From Chiloscyllium plagiosum (taxonomy: Eukaryota): 41,864 nt of DNA. The stretch lies in contig NW_025215231.1 of assembly GCF_004010195.1 (NCBI RefSeq), forward strand, positions 5,170 through 47,033. The letters run 5' to 3'. Under the pieces are notes generated by a model. It made no database searches. It was given only the letters and a program-made list of their open reading frames with translations, and was not told where the DNA came from. Below, piece by piece: positions 22,641-35,304 of this stretch; within the stretch, counting starts at the first letter, position 1, and each line of letters begins with the position of its first letter. The position numbers and the translations under genes are program-made.

Positions 22641-23348
22641 TGAGTAGCTTTGAGTGTGAGTTTAGAGATAAAAACTCGACGGAGCGACGGGCCATCTCTA
22701 CCCTGTATGATGTCATCATTCTATGGTTTTGAACTGAAGGATCCGATTATTTTTGTCTTTGTTTTGAGAAAATGTGACCGAGTGGAAGTTCCAGCTGTTG
22801 GTGTGGTCAGTATCAGCTTCAGCTTCTGTGTTAGAGTGCTCATTCACAGAAAGAATTTCCCAAATCAGTTGTATTAACAAGGAAAGCTGTGGGATAACCG
22901 TGTGCAGGAGAAAAGCTCTCAAAAACTTCAACAGCATGAGGCATTGAACGACTGAATGACCTCAGCAGAATGAAGGTCATCACTGAAAAGAATGTGAAAA
23001 GGTATTTAGCTATTGAAAGGATTGATAGTGAGTGAAGTATTGCAAATATTTTTAGTTGAAAACATGAATGTTTGAGACTTAACAGGATCAGATCAATCCA
23101 GCCTTTGGGGTATTAAAATATAGCTGTTATTCTCAATGCTATCATCATTAAAATAAACCTGCTGTCGTAACTTGTTTGTTCAAAATGCGTTAAAAAATTT
23201 GAAGATATAATCACGGTTTCCCAGTGGAGATACCACACAATATAAAATAAATTCTCCTGAACTGTGTCAACTCCATCTCTGAGAGAATTCTCCAATTTCA
23301 ACAGATTGCCAGCAGCACGAAGGGAAAGGTTGTGTCATAAACAACGAA

Positions 23349-23415
23349 ATGCATCTTCTCAGGGAAAGGATCAATAGAGCGTACAACACCATCCTTGTTG
23401 CTGCTGGTGTTCCTG
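23349..23415 (+). CDS. GPR139/GPR142-like GPCR, coding exon 1
   Basis: ATG...MHLLRERINRAYNTILVAAGVP-G|GTAAGC. The phase-1 donor joins exon 2 in frame to rebuild TM1 GVPVNLVVIVIL. Confidence 0.85.
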
Positions 23416-24194
23416 GTAAGCTTTGGAACAACTTACATAAACCACTGAATTGAATCATCCTTATTTCTACAGATAACTGATAAATTATTATATTTCCATT
23501 TTGCAAGGCAAATCCTGATGTCAGACATTAGTGTCCTCACTGACTGAGTTTAAAGTGAATAGTTTGTCAGTTCGGAGGCTCCTCAGTAATGTGCAGCATT
23601 GTGTGTTTCCCTATACTGTGCAGAATGGGTTTACACTGAGGTCACATTGATGGAGTTTGGCTGAGCACCGGCCCTGGCTGGTCTAGAAAGGGTTTCGGAA
23701 GACCACCCTCTCTCTGTGGTAGTTCACAGCCTGCTATCGGTCAGACATGTTTTGTAACAACCCACCTCGCAGTGACACCTGGTGTTTCCCATTCCTTGAT
23801 GGAAAGGGATTGTGTTGATGGATCTTGTTCAGGCAGCTTGCTCCAAATGGGTGGGTTCAGCAGGTCATTAGGAATTAGGAAATAATGGGGACTGCAGATA
23901 GGGCGATGTGCTGGAAAAGGCACAGCAGGCAAGATTGCATCTGAGGTGCAGGCGAAATCGATTGCTGCTGACCCAAAAACATCCTGAGTATGTGACTGTG
24001 TTTCTGTGAGTAATCTGCTGCTCATGTTCTTCCCTGTGTCCTTTAAAAGAGCAAATGATTCATTGAGAGAGATTTTTTAAACTTCATATAACATGGAACA
24101 ACAATTATCTTTGTGTCATTAATTACAGTCTGGGCTCACGTACAGAGAATGTTTCATTAGTGACTTCAAATCTATTTTTTACTTTCTCTTACAG

Positions 24195-25081
24195 TTAATC
24201 TCGTGGTGATTGTAATCTTAGCTCGGGGCAAATGTGGTCTTTCTACATGCAGCACTCGCTACCTGGTGGCCATGACAATGTCAGATCTACTGTTCATTGT
24301 TTTTTATATCATTCTTCACCTATTTAGAAACCGATATTGTCCACTGTGTTTCCTGCAAATCACTCCTGTTTGTGGTGCTATCTATGCACTCAACCGCTTG
24401 AGCATTGATTGGTCTGCGTGGTTCACCATTGCTTTTTCCTTTGATCGATTTGTTGCCATTTGTTTACATGAGATGAAAACTAAGTATTGCACAGGGAAGA
24501 CTGCAACCAGGGTTCTAGCAATAATCTCCATCTTCTTTTTTTTAAAGAACATTCCCAACTCCTTTGTGTATTACCCTAGAAAGATTATCAATAATGTTCC
24601 ATGGTACTGTTATATTAGGCCTGGTTATTTTAATGACCCGCTGTGGATAGGTTTTAAATATTTTCAGACTTTTTTAACACCAATGTTCCCATTCACCTTT
24701 ATTCTCTTTATCAACATCCTGACTGTCAGACATATCTTCGAGGCCATTAAGGTGCGGAAAGAACTGAGAGGTCAGAGAAAAACAGAGATTGATCCAGAGG
24801 TAGAGAGCAGGAAGAATTCTGTGATTTTACTCTTTGCCATATCTGCCAGCTTCATACTTCTCTGGTTGTTGCATATTTTAGATTTCTTTAATGCTGGTTA
24901 TTCCTTGGATTCTGTTTCCTATCGTCTCTTTGTTCAGATTGGATATATGCTGAGGAACTTAAGTTGCTGCACAAATGCCCTTACTTATGTGGTGACACAG
25001 AAACATTTCAGAGACCAGTTAAAGTACGCGATGACATATCCAGTTAGAAAAATAATTCAATTGATGAATCAATCCAAGTAA
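24195..25081 (+). CDS. GPR139/GPR142-like class A GPCR, coding exon 2 (spliced protein 317 aa, intact)
   Basis: Acceptor ttttactttctcttacAG (24193-24194). Motifs: ARGKCGLS, TM2 YLVAMTMSDLL, TM3 FSFDRFVAIC, ECL2 Cys (WYC), TM6 FILLWL, TM7 NLSCCTNALTY, helix 8 KHFRDQL. No stops. A paralog of the family rather than a demonstrable GPR139 ortholog. Confidence 0.88.
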
Positions 25082-25523
25082 CTGAGAGCCAACATTAGGT
25101 GCAGCAGAGAACGGAACGAGGAGTCCACGTGAGGAATGGACCGAAAGGAGAAGGAGGAGCAGCAACATGATAACACTCCTTTCCTCATGGGCAAGGAATG
25201 ACTCCATCTGAGGAGCAAAATGACAGAGACTAGAGGTGTAAACCAGTGTAAAGTGCTGTTAGTGATCAGCAACAATTAGTAGGAAGTGGGACTCAAAAGC
25301 AAATCCAAATATACACAAAAGCTACACTTATCCCAAGTAATCCATTGTCAGTGAGTGAAGTGGGTAGAAACATAAATGATGTGGAGGAAGGTGTAATTGT
25401 TCACGGCAGGCCAGAGAGGGAAATGCAGCGATAGGCTCCTGTCCACTCTTCCTCACTGAATTCTCTGACCCACTCACCTCGACAATTTTTTTTTAAAACG
25501 AGAAGTTTCCTGTTGAAAAAGGA

Positions 25524-25529
25524 AATAAA
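25524..25529 (+). terminator. Probable poly(A) signal of the GPCR gene
   Basis: AATAAA about 440 nt after the stop, followed by tgtgtctttattt (GT/T-rich). Confidence 0.55.
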
Positions 25530-26042
25530 ATATTGTAAATATTCTGTGTCTTTATTTGCACCTTTATTTTCAACAATAATTTACTTTGTTTCCATTCAAT
25601 TCCTCGTGATGGTTTCTGGCAATCGCACTTTTAGATTTTCTCATTGATCAATAGGAAACCCCAAAGAGAAAAGGAATTGGGTCAGTTTGTGAATACACGT
25701 GGCTTTCATTCTAAAACAATAAAATGCAAAGCAGGAGGAGACAAAGGCAGTCTGGACTAAACCAGTTCTCTGACATCAACCCGTTTCTTTATTTGCTTCT
25801 TTCCATGAACCAGCTGATGCATTGCCCGGGAATCCAAGCCCAAACAGAGGGCTTTCTGGACTCCCTCCCTGCACCCACCCAATGACCCAGCTCCCTCTCC
25901 GATTTCAGATGCTCCTTCAAATCTACCTCTTCATATAAGGTATTGTCACCTGACCCAATATCACTTTCAGTGAATCAACATGAACTCTGTTTGATTTGTC
26001 ATGATATAGGTCTTTTTAACTATGTTTGGGGACGGTGGTGGT

Positions 26043-26119
26043 GCACGGTGGTGGTGCTATCGTGGTTAGTGGAGCTGTCTTCCAAACAGGTGACCTGGGT
26101 TAGATTCCTGACAATTGCA
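26043..26119 (+). pseudogene. tRNA-Gly(TCC) pseudogene
   Basis: GGTG..TATCGTGGTTAGTGGAGCTGT-CTTCCAA-ACAGGTGACCTGGGTTAGATTCCTGACAATTGCA aligns to vertebrate tRNA-Gly(TCC). Anticodon TCC is at 26081-26083. The T loop (TTAGA) and acceptor stem are damaged. Confidence 0.7.
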
Positions 26120-26477
26120 AGTTGAGATTTGTCACATTGATCAATAGGAAACCACAAAGACAAAAGGAATTTTATCAGTTTGAAAATACATTTGTTTTTT
26201 TTTTTCCAAGACAACAAAATGCAGACCAGGAGTAGACAAAGGCAGACTGGATGAAACTGTTTACCTGCTGCATTCTTTCACACCTCCTCGTTACCTCCCT
26301 CCCTCCCCCGTCTCATCCCACTGAGATGACTCTGGCTATGCTCCATCCCTGAGGGAGGTATGCCCTGGGTAGAAGGAGCTGGGAGCTAACTGGATGAGCT
26401 GGGACTTGGGCAGAGAGGGTGCTTTCAGGGAGAGACTTGGGGATATTTTAAACAGGTTCTGGCAGCCATTTTCCCTT

Positions 26478-26895
26478 CAAAGACATTTACAGCCCAGAAA
26501 CAGGCCCTTCGGCCATTCAAGCCTGAGCCAATCCAAAGCCTCTGTCTAAACCTGTCGCCCATTTCCTAAGCATTTGTCTCCCTCTGCTCCCCACCTACTC
26601 ATGCTTCTGCCCAGACGCATTTTCAATGAAACTACCGTGTCTGCCTCTACAATCTCTGCTGGCAACGTGTTCCAGACACCCACCACTCTGTGTGCAGTCC
26701 TTGCCGCGTGCATCCCCATTCAACTTTTCACCTCTCACCATGAAAGTGTGGCTTCTCATTATTGAATCCTTCACTCTGGGCAAAAGGCTTATCTTTGTCT
26801 ACCCTGTCTATACCCTTCATAATTTTGTAGACCTCATAGGTCTCCTCTCATTCTCCTTTTTTCTAATGTAAACTATCCTAACCTACTCAACTTTC
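26478..26895 (-). mobile_element. CR1 3' fragment
   Basis: Collinear with and similar to 19335-19728. Confidence 0.8.
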
Positions 26896-27119
26896 ACAGT
26901 GTGCACTGAGCAGGGGGTGCGTTTCTGTGGGTTTCTCTCTGTCTCTGTGTGTGAGAGTGTGGGGAATGGTTGAATCTCAAAAGCAAGCCCCTGGAGCAGA
27001 GTCTGTCCTGAATGGGAGCGAAGAGTGTGAGAGACCATCGCGAGAGCTTAGACCAACCGGAATGGTGAATATCAATTGTAAAATCACACCATATCTTTCC
27101 TTAGCACGTGCTTATATCT

Positions 27120-27290
27120 GTCTGATTTTTCCTCTTTTCTCTCTCTGTCCCTCTCTTTGCCTCTGTCTCTCACCCTCTGTCTGTATCACACTACATCTCT
27201 CTCTCCCTCTCAACCTTTCCCATTCTCTTGCTCTTTCTTCTTCTCTCATTTTTCTCTCTCTTTCCTTCTTTCCTTCCCTGGTTCTGTTGT
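27120..27290. repeat. Degenerate (CT)n low-complexity tract
   Basis: Pyrimidine-rich CT repeats. Confidence 0.8.
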
Positions 27291-30200
27291 TCAATCCTGA
27301 GATGGAATCTGCACCCCCCCCCCTTCAATATTGGACAATCCCGCCACCCCACCGCAAATTTAGCCCCTGTCCCCCTCCATGGCCCCTATCTAATTGCCCT
27401 CCCTTGTGCAGCTTCATCAATCCTGATCTGTCCATTTGTAGTTCCTCTATTATATAAAAGCCCCTCAGTATCTCCATCCATCAACATTACCCTTCCCCGT
27501 GCTGCATCCCAGACTATGAGCTGGAGGGCAAAGTGAGCGTGCGCAGAGACTAACGTGTCTTTTGACTGCGTACCGTAATGACATGGAGTCAACGAGTCAT
27601 ACAGCACGGAGACAGACCCTTTGGACCAACCAGGCCACACCGACCATGTTCCAAAACTAAACTATTCCCACATGTCTGCGCTGGACCCATATTCCTCCAA
27701 ACCTTTCCTATTCATGAACTTGTCCAAATGTATTTTAAACATTGTACCTGTACCTACATCCACCATTTCCTCTGATAGTTCATTCCACATCCAAAATTCT
27801 AAAAACATTGCCCCTCGTGTCCTTTTACAATCTTTCTCCTCTCACCTTAAAAATATACCCCCCAGGTTTGAACTCCCTTATCGTTCATCTTATCTGTGCC
27901 CCACATGATAGTTTAAACATCAATAAGGTCACCCCTCACACTCCAATGCAACAGCCCATGTCTATATCTCAAACTCTTCATTCCTGACAACATCTCGGGA
28001 AACCTTTACTGAACCCTCTGCACTTTAATAATATCCTTCCTATAACAGGGCGATGAGAATTGCACACATTAATCCAGAAGAGGCCTCATCACTGTCCTGT
28101 ACAAGTTCAATATAATGTCAGAACTCTGATACTCAATGGTCTGGGCAATGAAGGCGTGTGTGCTAAGTACCTTCTTAACTACCCTGTTTAACTGGAATGC
28201 AAATTTCAAAGAAGCATGTCCCTGAACCCTGAGGTGTCTCTCTGCTCTCCCACACTACCCAGGGCACTACTATTAAGTCCTTGTTTGTATTACCACAATT
28301 CAATACCTCACGTTTATCGAATTAAACTCCATCTGCTACTCCTCAGCCCAATTCATCCCAAGATCTCTTTGTAATTTTGGGTCACATTCTTCACTATCTA
28401 TTTACCATTTTGGTGTCATCCACAAACTTACTAACCATGTCTCCTACATTCTCATTCAAATCCTTTGTATAAATGAAAAACAGAAGCGGAGCCAGTACCG
28501 ATCCCTGTGGGACACTGCTGGTCACAGGCCTCCAGTCTGAATAACAATGATCCACCATCTTCTGCCATAAAGCCAATTATGTATTCAGTTGGCAAGTCCA
28601 CCCTGAATCCTATGTGATCTAACTTTACCAATTAGTCGATCATCCAGAGCCTCATCAAAGGCTTTACTAAAGGCCAAGCAAACACCATCTAACTCTCTGT
28701 CCTCATTTTGGTTACTTCCAAAAACAAACCCAATCAAAGGTGAGATATGATTTTGCTCATACTTAATCAGACTGACCATCTCTAATCAATCCTTTCCTCT
28801 CCAACCTCTATAAATCCTATCTTTCAGGATCATCTCTAAAAACCTACCCAGCACCGAGGACAGGGTCACAGGTCGATAGTCCCCAGGCTTCTCCTCGCAT
28901 CCCTTCTTAAAGAATGACATATTAGCCACACCCCAGTACTCCAGTTCTTTCCCCATGGTTTACAGATGATACAAATATTCTGCTCGGGGCCGTATAATTT
29001 TCTCTCTAACTTCCCACAATGTCCTGGGACACACTTGATCAGGTTTATCTATCTTTATATTTTTTTAAGATCTCCAGCACTTCCTCTTCTGTCTAGTGAA
29101 CTGTTTCCAAAACATCAATATTTATATCCCTGATTTAACAGCATCCATTTCTTTCCCAACAATAAAAATGGATGCAAAATATTTTTATATCCCTCCCATC
29201 TCTTGAGCTATTCCCACATGTCTGCGCTGGACCCATATTCCTCCAAACCTTTCCTATTCATGAACTTGTCCAAATGTATTTATGGAACCTCTTTGAATAT
29301 TTTTTACCCTACCTGCCAAGGCTATCTCCTGTCGCTTCTTTGCCTTCCTCATTTCCTTCTGAAGAATGTTCCTACACTCTTTACACTCTTCAAGACATTC
29401 AGTTGATCCCAATTGTCATTCTAATAGATGTGTTTTTTTAATTCTTGACTTGAACTTCAACATCTTTATTCATCCATTGTTCTGTAATCTTACCAGCCTT
29501 GCCTTTCACTCCAACAGGAACAAAATGCTTCTGAACTCTTGTTATCACACTTTGGAAGGCCTCCCACTTGCCAGTCATCCTTTTACCTGCGATCTTTCTG
29601 CTCCAATCAACTTTTGAAAGTTTTTGTTTCATACCCTTTCATACCCATTTGCCTCACTCCAATTGAGAACTTTAACTTTTATCCTTTTAAACAACTGTTT
29701 TAAAGTTACTGGCATTACGATCACTGGTCCAAAAGTGTTCCCTGACTCACACTTCAGTCACTTGCCACGCCTTATATCCCAAGAGAAGATAGTAACTGTA
29801 ATAGCAATGATGTCCCAGACCCATGTTTCCTTCCATGCTCCGAGTTCATCAGCCTTTTCCATAAGACCTTGTGTATTGAAATAAATGCAGTTTAAGTGTT
29901 CAGTGTCCCTTTGTTCTCTGACTTGTTCTTGACTGTCTTTTCTAAAGAACGTGCTGTTTTCTGATTCAGAATCATTGTCATCTTTCTTTCTATTTTCAAT
30001 GTTGTTTAGAAAGCCCCCGCCCTACCTCTCTCACATCTTACAATCTCCTGAAATAGAGCGAGCAAATCTCCCCACCAGGATATTGGTCTAGTTCAGGTGA
30101 AACCCATCCTTTTAAAAAGGTCTTTTCTGTCCCAGAAGAGATCCCAATGTCCCAAGAATGTGACTCCCTGCACGTTGCAAAACCTCGTCAACCATTGATT

Positions 30201-30317
30201 TACCTGCCCTGTCCAGTTATTCCTTCCCTCATTAGAACTTGGCACCAGAAGTAAACCAGAGATTACTATTTTTTTATATTCTTTTTTTCATCTTCTACCT
30301 AACCAGTTACACTCACT

Positions 30318-30634
30318 GATTAGATTCGATTCCCTTCAGAGTGGAAACAGGCCCTTCGGCCCAACAAGTCCATAACGACCCTCCAAAGAGTACCCACCCA
30401 AACCCATTTCCCTCTCACTAATACACCTAACACTGTGGGCAATTTAGCATGGCCAACTCACCTAACCTGCACATCTTTGGATTGTGGGAGGAAACCGGAA
30501 CACCCGGAGGAAACCCATGCAGACACAAAGAGAACGTGCAATCTCCACACAGGCAGTCACCCGAGGCTGGAATTGAACCTGGTACCCTGGTGCTATGAGA
30601 CAGCAGTGCTAACCACTGAGTCACCGTGCTGCCC
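30318..30634 (-). mobile_element. HE1-type SINE
   Basis: Same A/B boxes, body and (TAATC)n tail as the other copies. Confidence 0.88.
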
Positions 30635-31279
30635 CCATGCCACTCTATAACCCCTTAACCCTATCTCTAACTATGTCATTCCTTTCAATGTGTATAACAA
30701 CTTCCGGTTTCTCACTCATCCACTTGACAATCTGCTTCAAACATTTTGAGACATCCTTCACCCTGGCAGTGGGAAAGCAATGTACTATCCTCGATTCACA
30801 CTCACTCCCACAGAATCTCCTGACTGTGCCCCTCTCAGGAGAGTTCCCGAAAACATTTAATCTTTTAAATCTTGACAAACAAGTTGAATATGGTGCCCAA
30901 GATCTGATGACCATTTCTATTTTTCTCATTCAACAATATTCAAAATGGAATATCTGTCTGATAGAGGAATGGCCACAGGAGACTTCGAAACCACTTTCAA
31001 ACCCTTCCTGATGGACAGTTATCGATCTGAATGATCTTGCTGTGTAATCACTTCGCTAAGTCTATTTGTCATCACACTCAATGCAGCACCTCGTCAACCA
31101 TTGATTTATCTGCCCTGTCCTTTTATTCCTTCCCTCATTAGAACTTGGCACCAGAAGTAAACCAGAGATTACTTTTTTTTATATTCTGTTTTTTTTAACC
31201 TTCTACCTAACCAGGTATACTCACTGATTAGATTAGATTCCCTCCAGAGTGGAAACAGGTCCTTCAGCCCAACAAGTCT

Positions 31280-31583
31280 GGGCGGCACGATGGCACAGTG
31301 GTTAGCACTGCTGCCTCACAGCGCCAGTGACCCGGGTTCAATTCCCGCCTCAGATGACTGACTGTGTGGAGTTTGCACGTTCTCCCCATCTCTGCGTGGG
31401 TTTTCTCCGTGTGCTCCGGTTTCCTCCCACAGTCCAAAGATGTGCAGGTCAGGTGAATTGGCCATGGGAAATTGTCCGTAGTGTTAGGTAAGGGGTAAAT
31501 GTAGAGGTTGCGCTTCGGCGGGTCGGTGTGGACTTGTTGGGCCGAAGGGCCTGTTTCCACACTGTAAGTAATCTAATCTAATC
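31280..31583 (+). mobile_element. HE1-type SINE
   Basis: gggcggcacgaTGGCACAGTGG...GGTTCAATTCC...gtaagtaatctaatctaatc. Confidence 0.9.
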
Positions 31584-32149
31584 AATATTCAAAATGGAAT
31601 ATCTGTCTGAGAGAGGAATAGCCACAGGAGTCTTGGAAACCACCTTCAAACCCTTCCTGAGGCATAGTTATCTATCTGAATGATCTTGCTGAGTAATCAC
31701 TTCGCTAAGTCTATTTGTCATCGCACTCAATATTTCTTACATGCCATCAGTAACATTAATCCAACAAAGAAGAAGCTCTCAATAGCACATTAAATGTTAA
31801 GTTAAACTATCTTTCCTTACCCACAGATTTAATATGAAGCATGAAAAGAAAAAATAACAATATAAATATTAAAAAGAAATCAAACACTTAACTGAAAAAA
31901 ATGAAAAAAACAAGCTCCTCCTCAAATAATCCAACATTCAACTTTCACTGTCTGGATACAAAAACCTCTCCCGAGCCGTCCCTTTACAGGCCTCTCCATA
32001 AGCTCCGTGTATAAACAATCTGTCCTTCTTCATGTACTTTTTTAGCTTGATTGATTTTTCTCAAAACTCACCCACCACTGACAACAGGTTCACCAGTCTA
32101 TAGTTCCCTGGCTTTTCCTTACCACCTTCTTAAATAATGGCACCATGTT

Positions 32150-33092
32150 CGGAAGGGATCTTTCCCCTTTCTCCTTCCTGGGCTCTCTATCTCCATTTCC
32201 AGCAACCGACTCAACACGGACATCTACCTCAAACACACAGACTCCCACAGCTACCTGTATTACACCTCCTCCCACCCCCACTCCCTGCTCCCCAATTCCT
32301 CCGTCTCTGCCACATTTGCTCCCATGTGGACCAATTCCACCATTGAACATCCCAGATGGCTTCCTTCTTCAATGACCACAGTTTCCCCTCCCACGTGCCT
32401 GACAATGCCCTCCAATGCAACTCCTCCACTTCCTGCACCTCTGTCCTTGAACCCCACCTCTCCAATTACACCAAGGACAGAACCCCCATGTCCTCAGCTT
32501 CTACTCCGCCATCCTCCGGATACAACGCATCATCCTCTGCCATTACTGCCACCTACAAACAGACCCCACTACCAGGTATATATTTCCCTCCCTACTCCAT
32601 CTTCGTTCCGCAGTGACCATTCCCTCTGTGACTCCCTTGTCAGATTCACACCCCACACCAACACACCTTCCCCTCCTGGCACCTTCCTTGGCCACTGCAA
32701 GAAGTGCAAAACCTGCACTCACACCTCCCCCTCACCTCCGTCCTCGGCCCCAAAGGATCCTTCCAAATCCAGCAGAGATTTACCTGTACTTCCACACACA
32801 TCATCCACTGTGTCCATTGCTCTCGGTGTGGTTTCCTCTATATTAGGGAGACAGGGCGCCTAGTTGTGGAATATTGCAGAGAATATCTCTGGGATATGTG
32901 GCTGAACACTTTAACTCCCCCTCCCAGTCTGCCAAGTAAATGCAAGTCCTGGGCCTGCTCCACTGTGAAACCCAAGCCACCTGATACTGGAGGAAGAACA
33001 CCTCATCTTCCACCTTGGGACCCTCCAACCACATCGGATCAATGTAGATTTCAGCAGATTCTTCATTTCACCTCCCCCACCTTATCCCAGGT
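32150..33092 (+). mobile_element. Penelope-like element fragment (RT thumb, linker, GIY-YIG)
   Basis: SISISSNRLNTDIYLKHTDSHSYLYYTSSHP, then CKKCKTC, then GPKGSFQIQQRFTCTSTHIIHCVHCSRCGFLYIRETGR. Frameshifted. Confidence 0.88.
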
Positions 33093-33605
33093 CATCTCCA
33101 ACAACAGAGGATCAAACCATCATCCTTTGATATTCAATGGGGTTACCGTTGCTGAATCCTCTCCTGTCTTGGGGTTACCATTGACCAGAAACTGAATTGT
33201 ACTGGCGATATAAATACAGTGACAACGGAGCAGGTCAGGAGCTCGGAATATTGCAGTGAATAACTCACCTCCTGATCCCCCACAGATCGTCTACCATCTA
33301 CAATACACCAGTAAGGATTGTGATGGAATACTCCCCACAGGCCTGGATGGGGGCAGCTCCAACAGTATTTCAGAAGCTTGGCACCAGTCGGGATAAAAGA
33401 GCCCACTTGATTGCCACGATATCCACAAACATCCATGTTATTTTCACCACTGACCCGCAGGAGCAGCAATGTGCACCAGCGACAAGGTGCCCTGCAGAAA
33501 TTCACAGAAGCTCCTTAGACAGCACTTTCCAAACCCACAGCACATTCTCAACGACCACTAGGGATGCGCAATAATTGCCGGCCCAACCAGCGATGCCCAG
33601 GAATG
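33093..33605 (+). mobile_element. 3' fragment of the second CR1/L2-group LINE family
   Basis: MMEYSPQAWMGAAPTVFQKLGTSRDKRAHLI; homologous to 15625-15925. Confidence 0.65.
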
Positions 33606-34098
33606 GATTAGAATTCATTTAAAGTGTTACCCAATCACAACCAATGGTGGGCACTGGGTTTTAGGTTTTGTGAGTGTAAGCTGGTTGGGTCCAGGCAGTA
33701 ACTGTTTGTTGTGAAGACCTGAAGAGAAATGCTGTTTGGAACAATCTGTCAGTCTTTCAGAGGCATGGTCGACATACATAGCATCACACAGACACTGACA
33801 TTCATATGCCAGATTACTCACACGGGACAGAGGTGGAAGCAATTTAAAACGTATTTGTATCTGGACTGAAGAATATTTGAAAACACAGTTAAAATATAGT
33901 CATGAAAATAATTTGGTAAGGAAGTTAGTATCTGAATGAGATATTTTCAAAGTGCTTGAACTTTATAATAACTTGATCTGGGTGTGATAACCAGGCACAT
34001 GTGTGCACTTTGTGTTCAACAGATTTCAGTCTGAAAATTAAACCAAACAAATGGCTGGACCTGTGTGCATTGGACAATTAAGGTGCACACAGTTAGTA

Positions 34099-34216
34099 TT
34101 GAAGAACAATCACTGGACACGAAAGTTTAACTCTGATTTCTCTTCACAGATGCTGCTGAGCTTTTCCAGCAAGTTTTGCTTTTGTTTCTGATTTAAAGCA
34201 TCTGCAGGATTTTTTT
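34099..34216 (+). repeat. Single-arm Penelope-terminus relic with degenerate hammerhead core
   Basis: ttgaaga...gaaagtttaactctgatttctcttcacagatgctgctgagcttttccagca; homologous to the right arm of 15389-15624. Confidence 0.55.
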
Positions 34217-34469
34217 GGATATGATCAAAAGATTTATGACCTTCAATAATTAGACTTTGCTGCTGAAGGTCAGGACAATCTTGAAATCATTGCCATTCTG
34301 ACTTGAGTCACACACAAAGATGTTGGCTGGGGTTAGGCCGGATATCAATGTTAATGCACAATTCTGTTTGGACACTGAAGTTGTGGAGCTGACAGACACT
34401 GGATATGGTTGATGAGGGATTCAATGTAAGCGCCATGTGCTGCAGTATTCCATCGCCTTTGTAACACCT

Positions 34470-34582
34470 TCATAGAACATAGAACATAGAACAGTACAGC
34501 GCAGAACAGGCCCTTCAGCCCACGATGTTGTGTCGACCGTTGATCCTCATGTAAGGTAAACATAATGTACGAACCCTCAAAT
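34470..34582 (-). mobile_element. Short CR1 3' tail insertion
   Basis: (catagaa)3 plus a 3' UTR nearly identical to the tail of the 10029 element. Confidence 0.8.
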
Positions 34583-34619
34583 TAAGGATCTGGTCCAGGT
34601 GGCAGAATTACAGAGCTTT

Positions 34620-35170
34620 TCTTGGTCAGTGCATTGAGTGTAGGCGTGTGGTTGTACATGACATTGGTTAGGCCACTTTTGAAATATTACATTCAGTTCT
34701 GGTCTCCCTGCTATAGGAAAGATGTTGTAAAAGTTGAAATGTTGCAGAAAAGATTTCTAAGGATGTTACTGGGGCTCAAGTGTGTGAGGTATCGGAGGCT
34801 GAGGGGTGACCTCATAGAGGTTTGTAAAATCATCAAGGGCATGGATAGGGTGATAGCCAAGGTCTTTTCTCCAGGGAAGAGGAATTCAAAACGAGAGCGC
34901 ACAGGTTTCAGTTGAGATGGGGAAATTTAAAAGGTCGTAAGTGGCAACTTTTCTTGCACAGAAGTTCGTGCGTGCATGGAATCAGCTGCCAGAGGAAGTG
35001 GTGGAGGCTGGTACAATGACAGCATTTGCAAAGGTATCTGGATGGGAAAAGGAATAGGAAGGGTTTAGAGGGATATGGGCCAAATGCTGGCAAATAGGAC
35101 TAAATCTGTTCACGGTGAATGGGTAGAATGAAAGGGTCAATTTCTGTGCTGTACAAGTCTGTGACAATTT
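34620..35170 (+). mobile_element. CR1 3' fragment
   Basis: LYMTLVRPLLKYYIQFWSPCYRKDVVK...RRLRGDLIEV. Confidence 0.8.
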
Positions 35171-35304
35171 AACCCTATGTCACCAGCACAGAGAAAACCG
35201 GGAGACATGGTTTTGGCAGATCATTGATCTAAATGTTGAACAGTGTTTAGATCAGTCCTGGGCCAATGCTTAGTTCACCTGCTCCATGCACTTCCTACCT
35301 TTAA

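Larger units (their letters stand above)
27580..31960 (-). mobile_element. Old near full-length CR1 LINE with internal deletions, SINE insertions and a tandem duplication
   Basis: Tail at about 27580. VPQGSVLAPLLF...KFVDDTK (28394-28576), FSKAFD (28585-28779), and SGNH ORF1 remnants VHCFPTARVKDV...HIERND (30645-30929). Confidence 0.8.

Noticed and set aside
27445-27545. TATA-like TATATAAAAG followed by ATGAGCTGGAGGGCAAAG, reminiscent of a histone MSGRGK start
   Set aside because: Needs a frameshift, stops after 6 codons, and has no downstream histone similarity or stem-loop.
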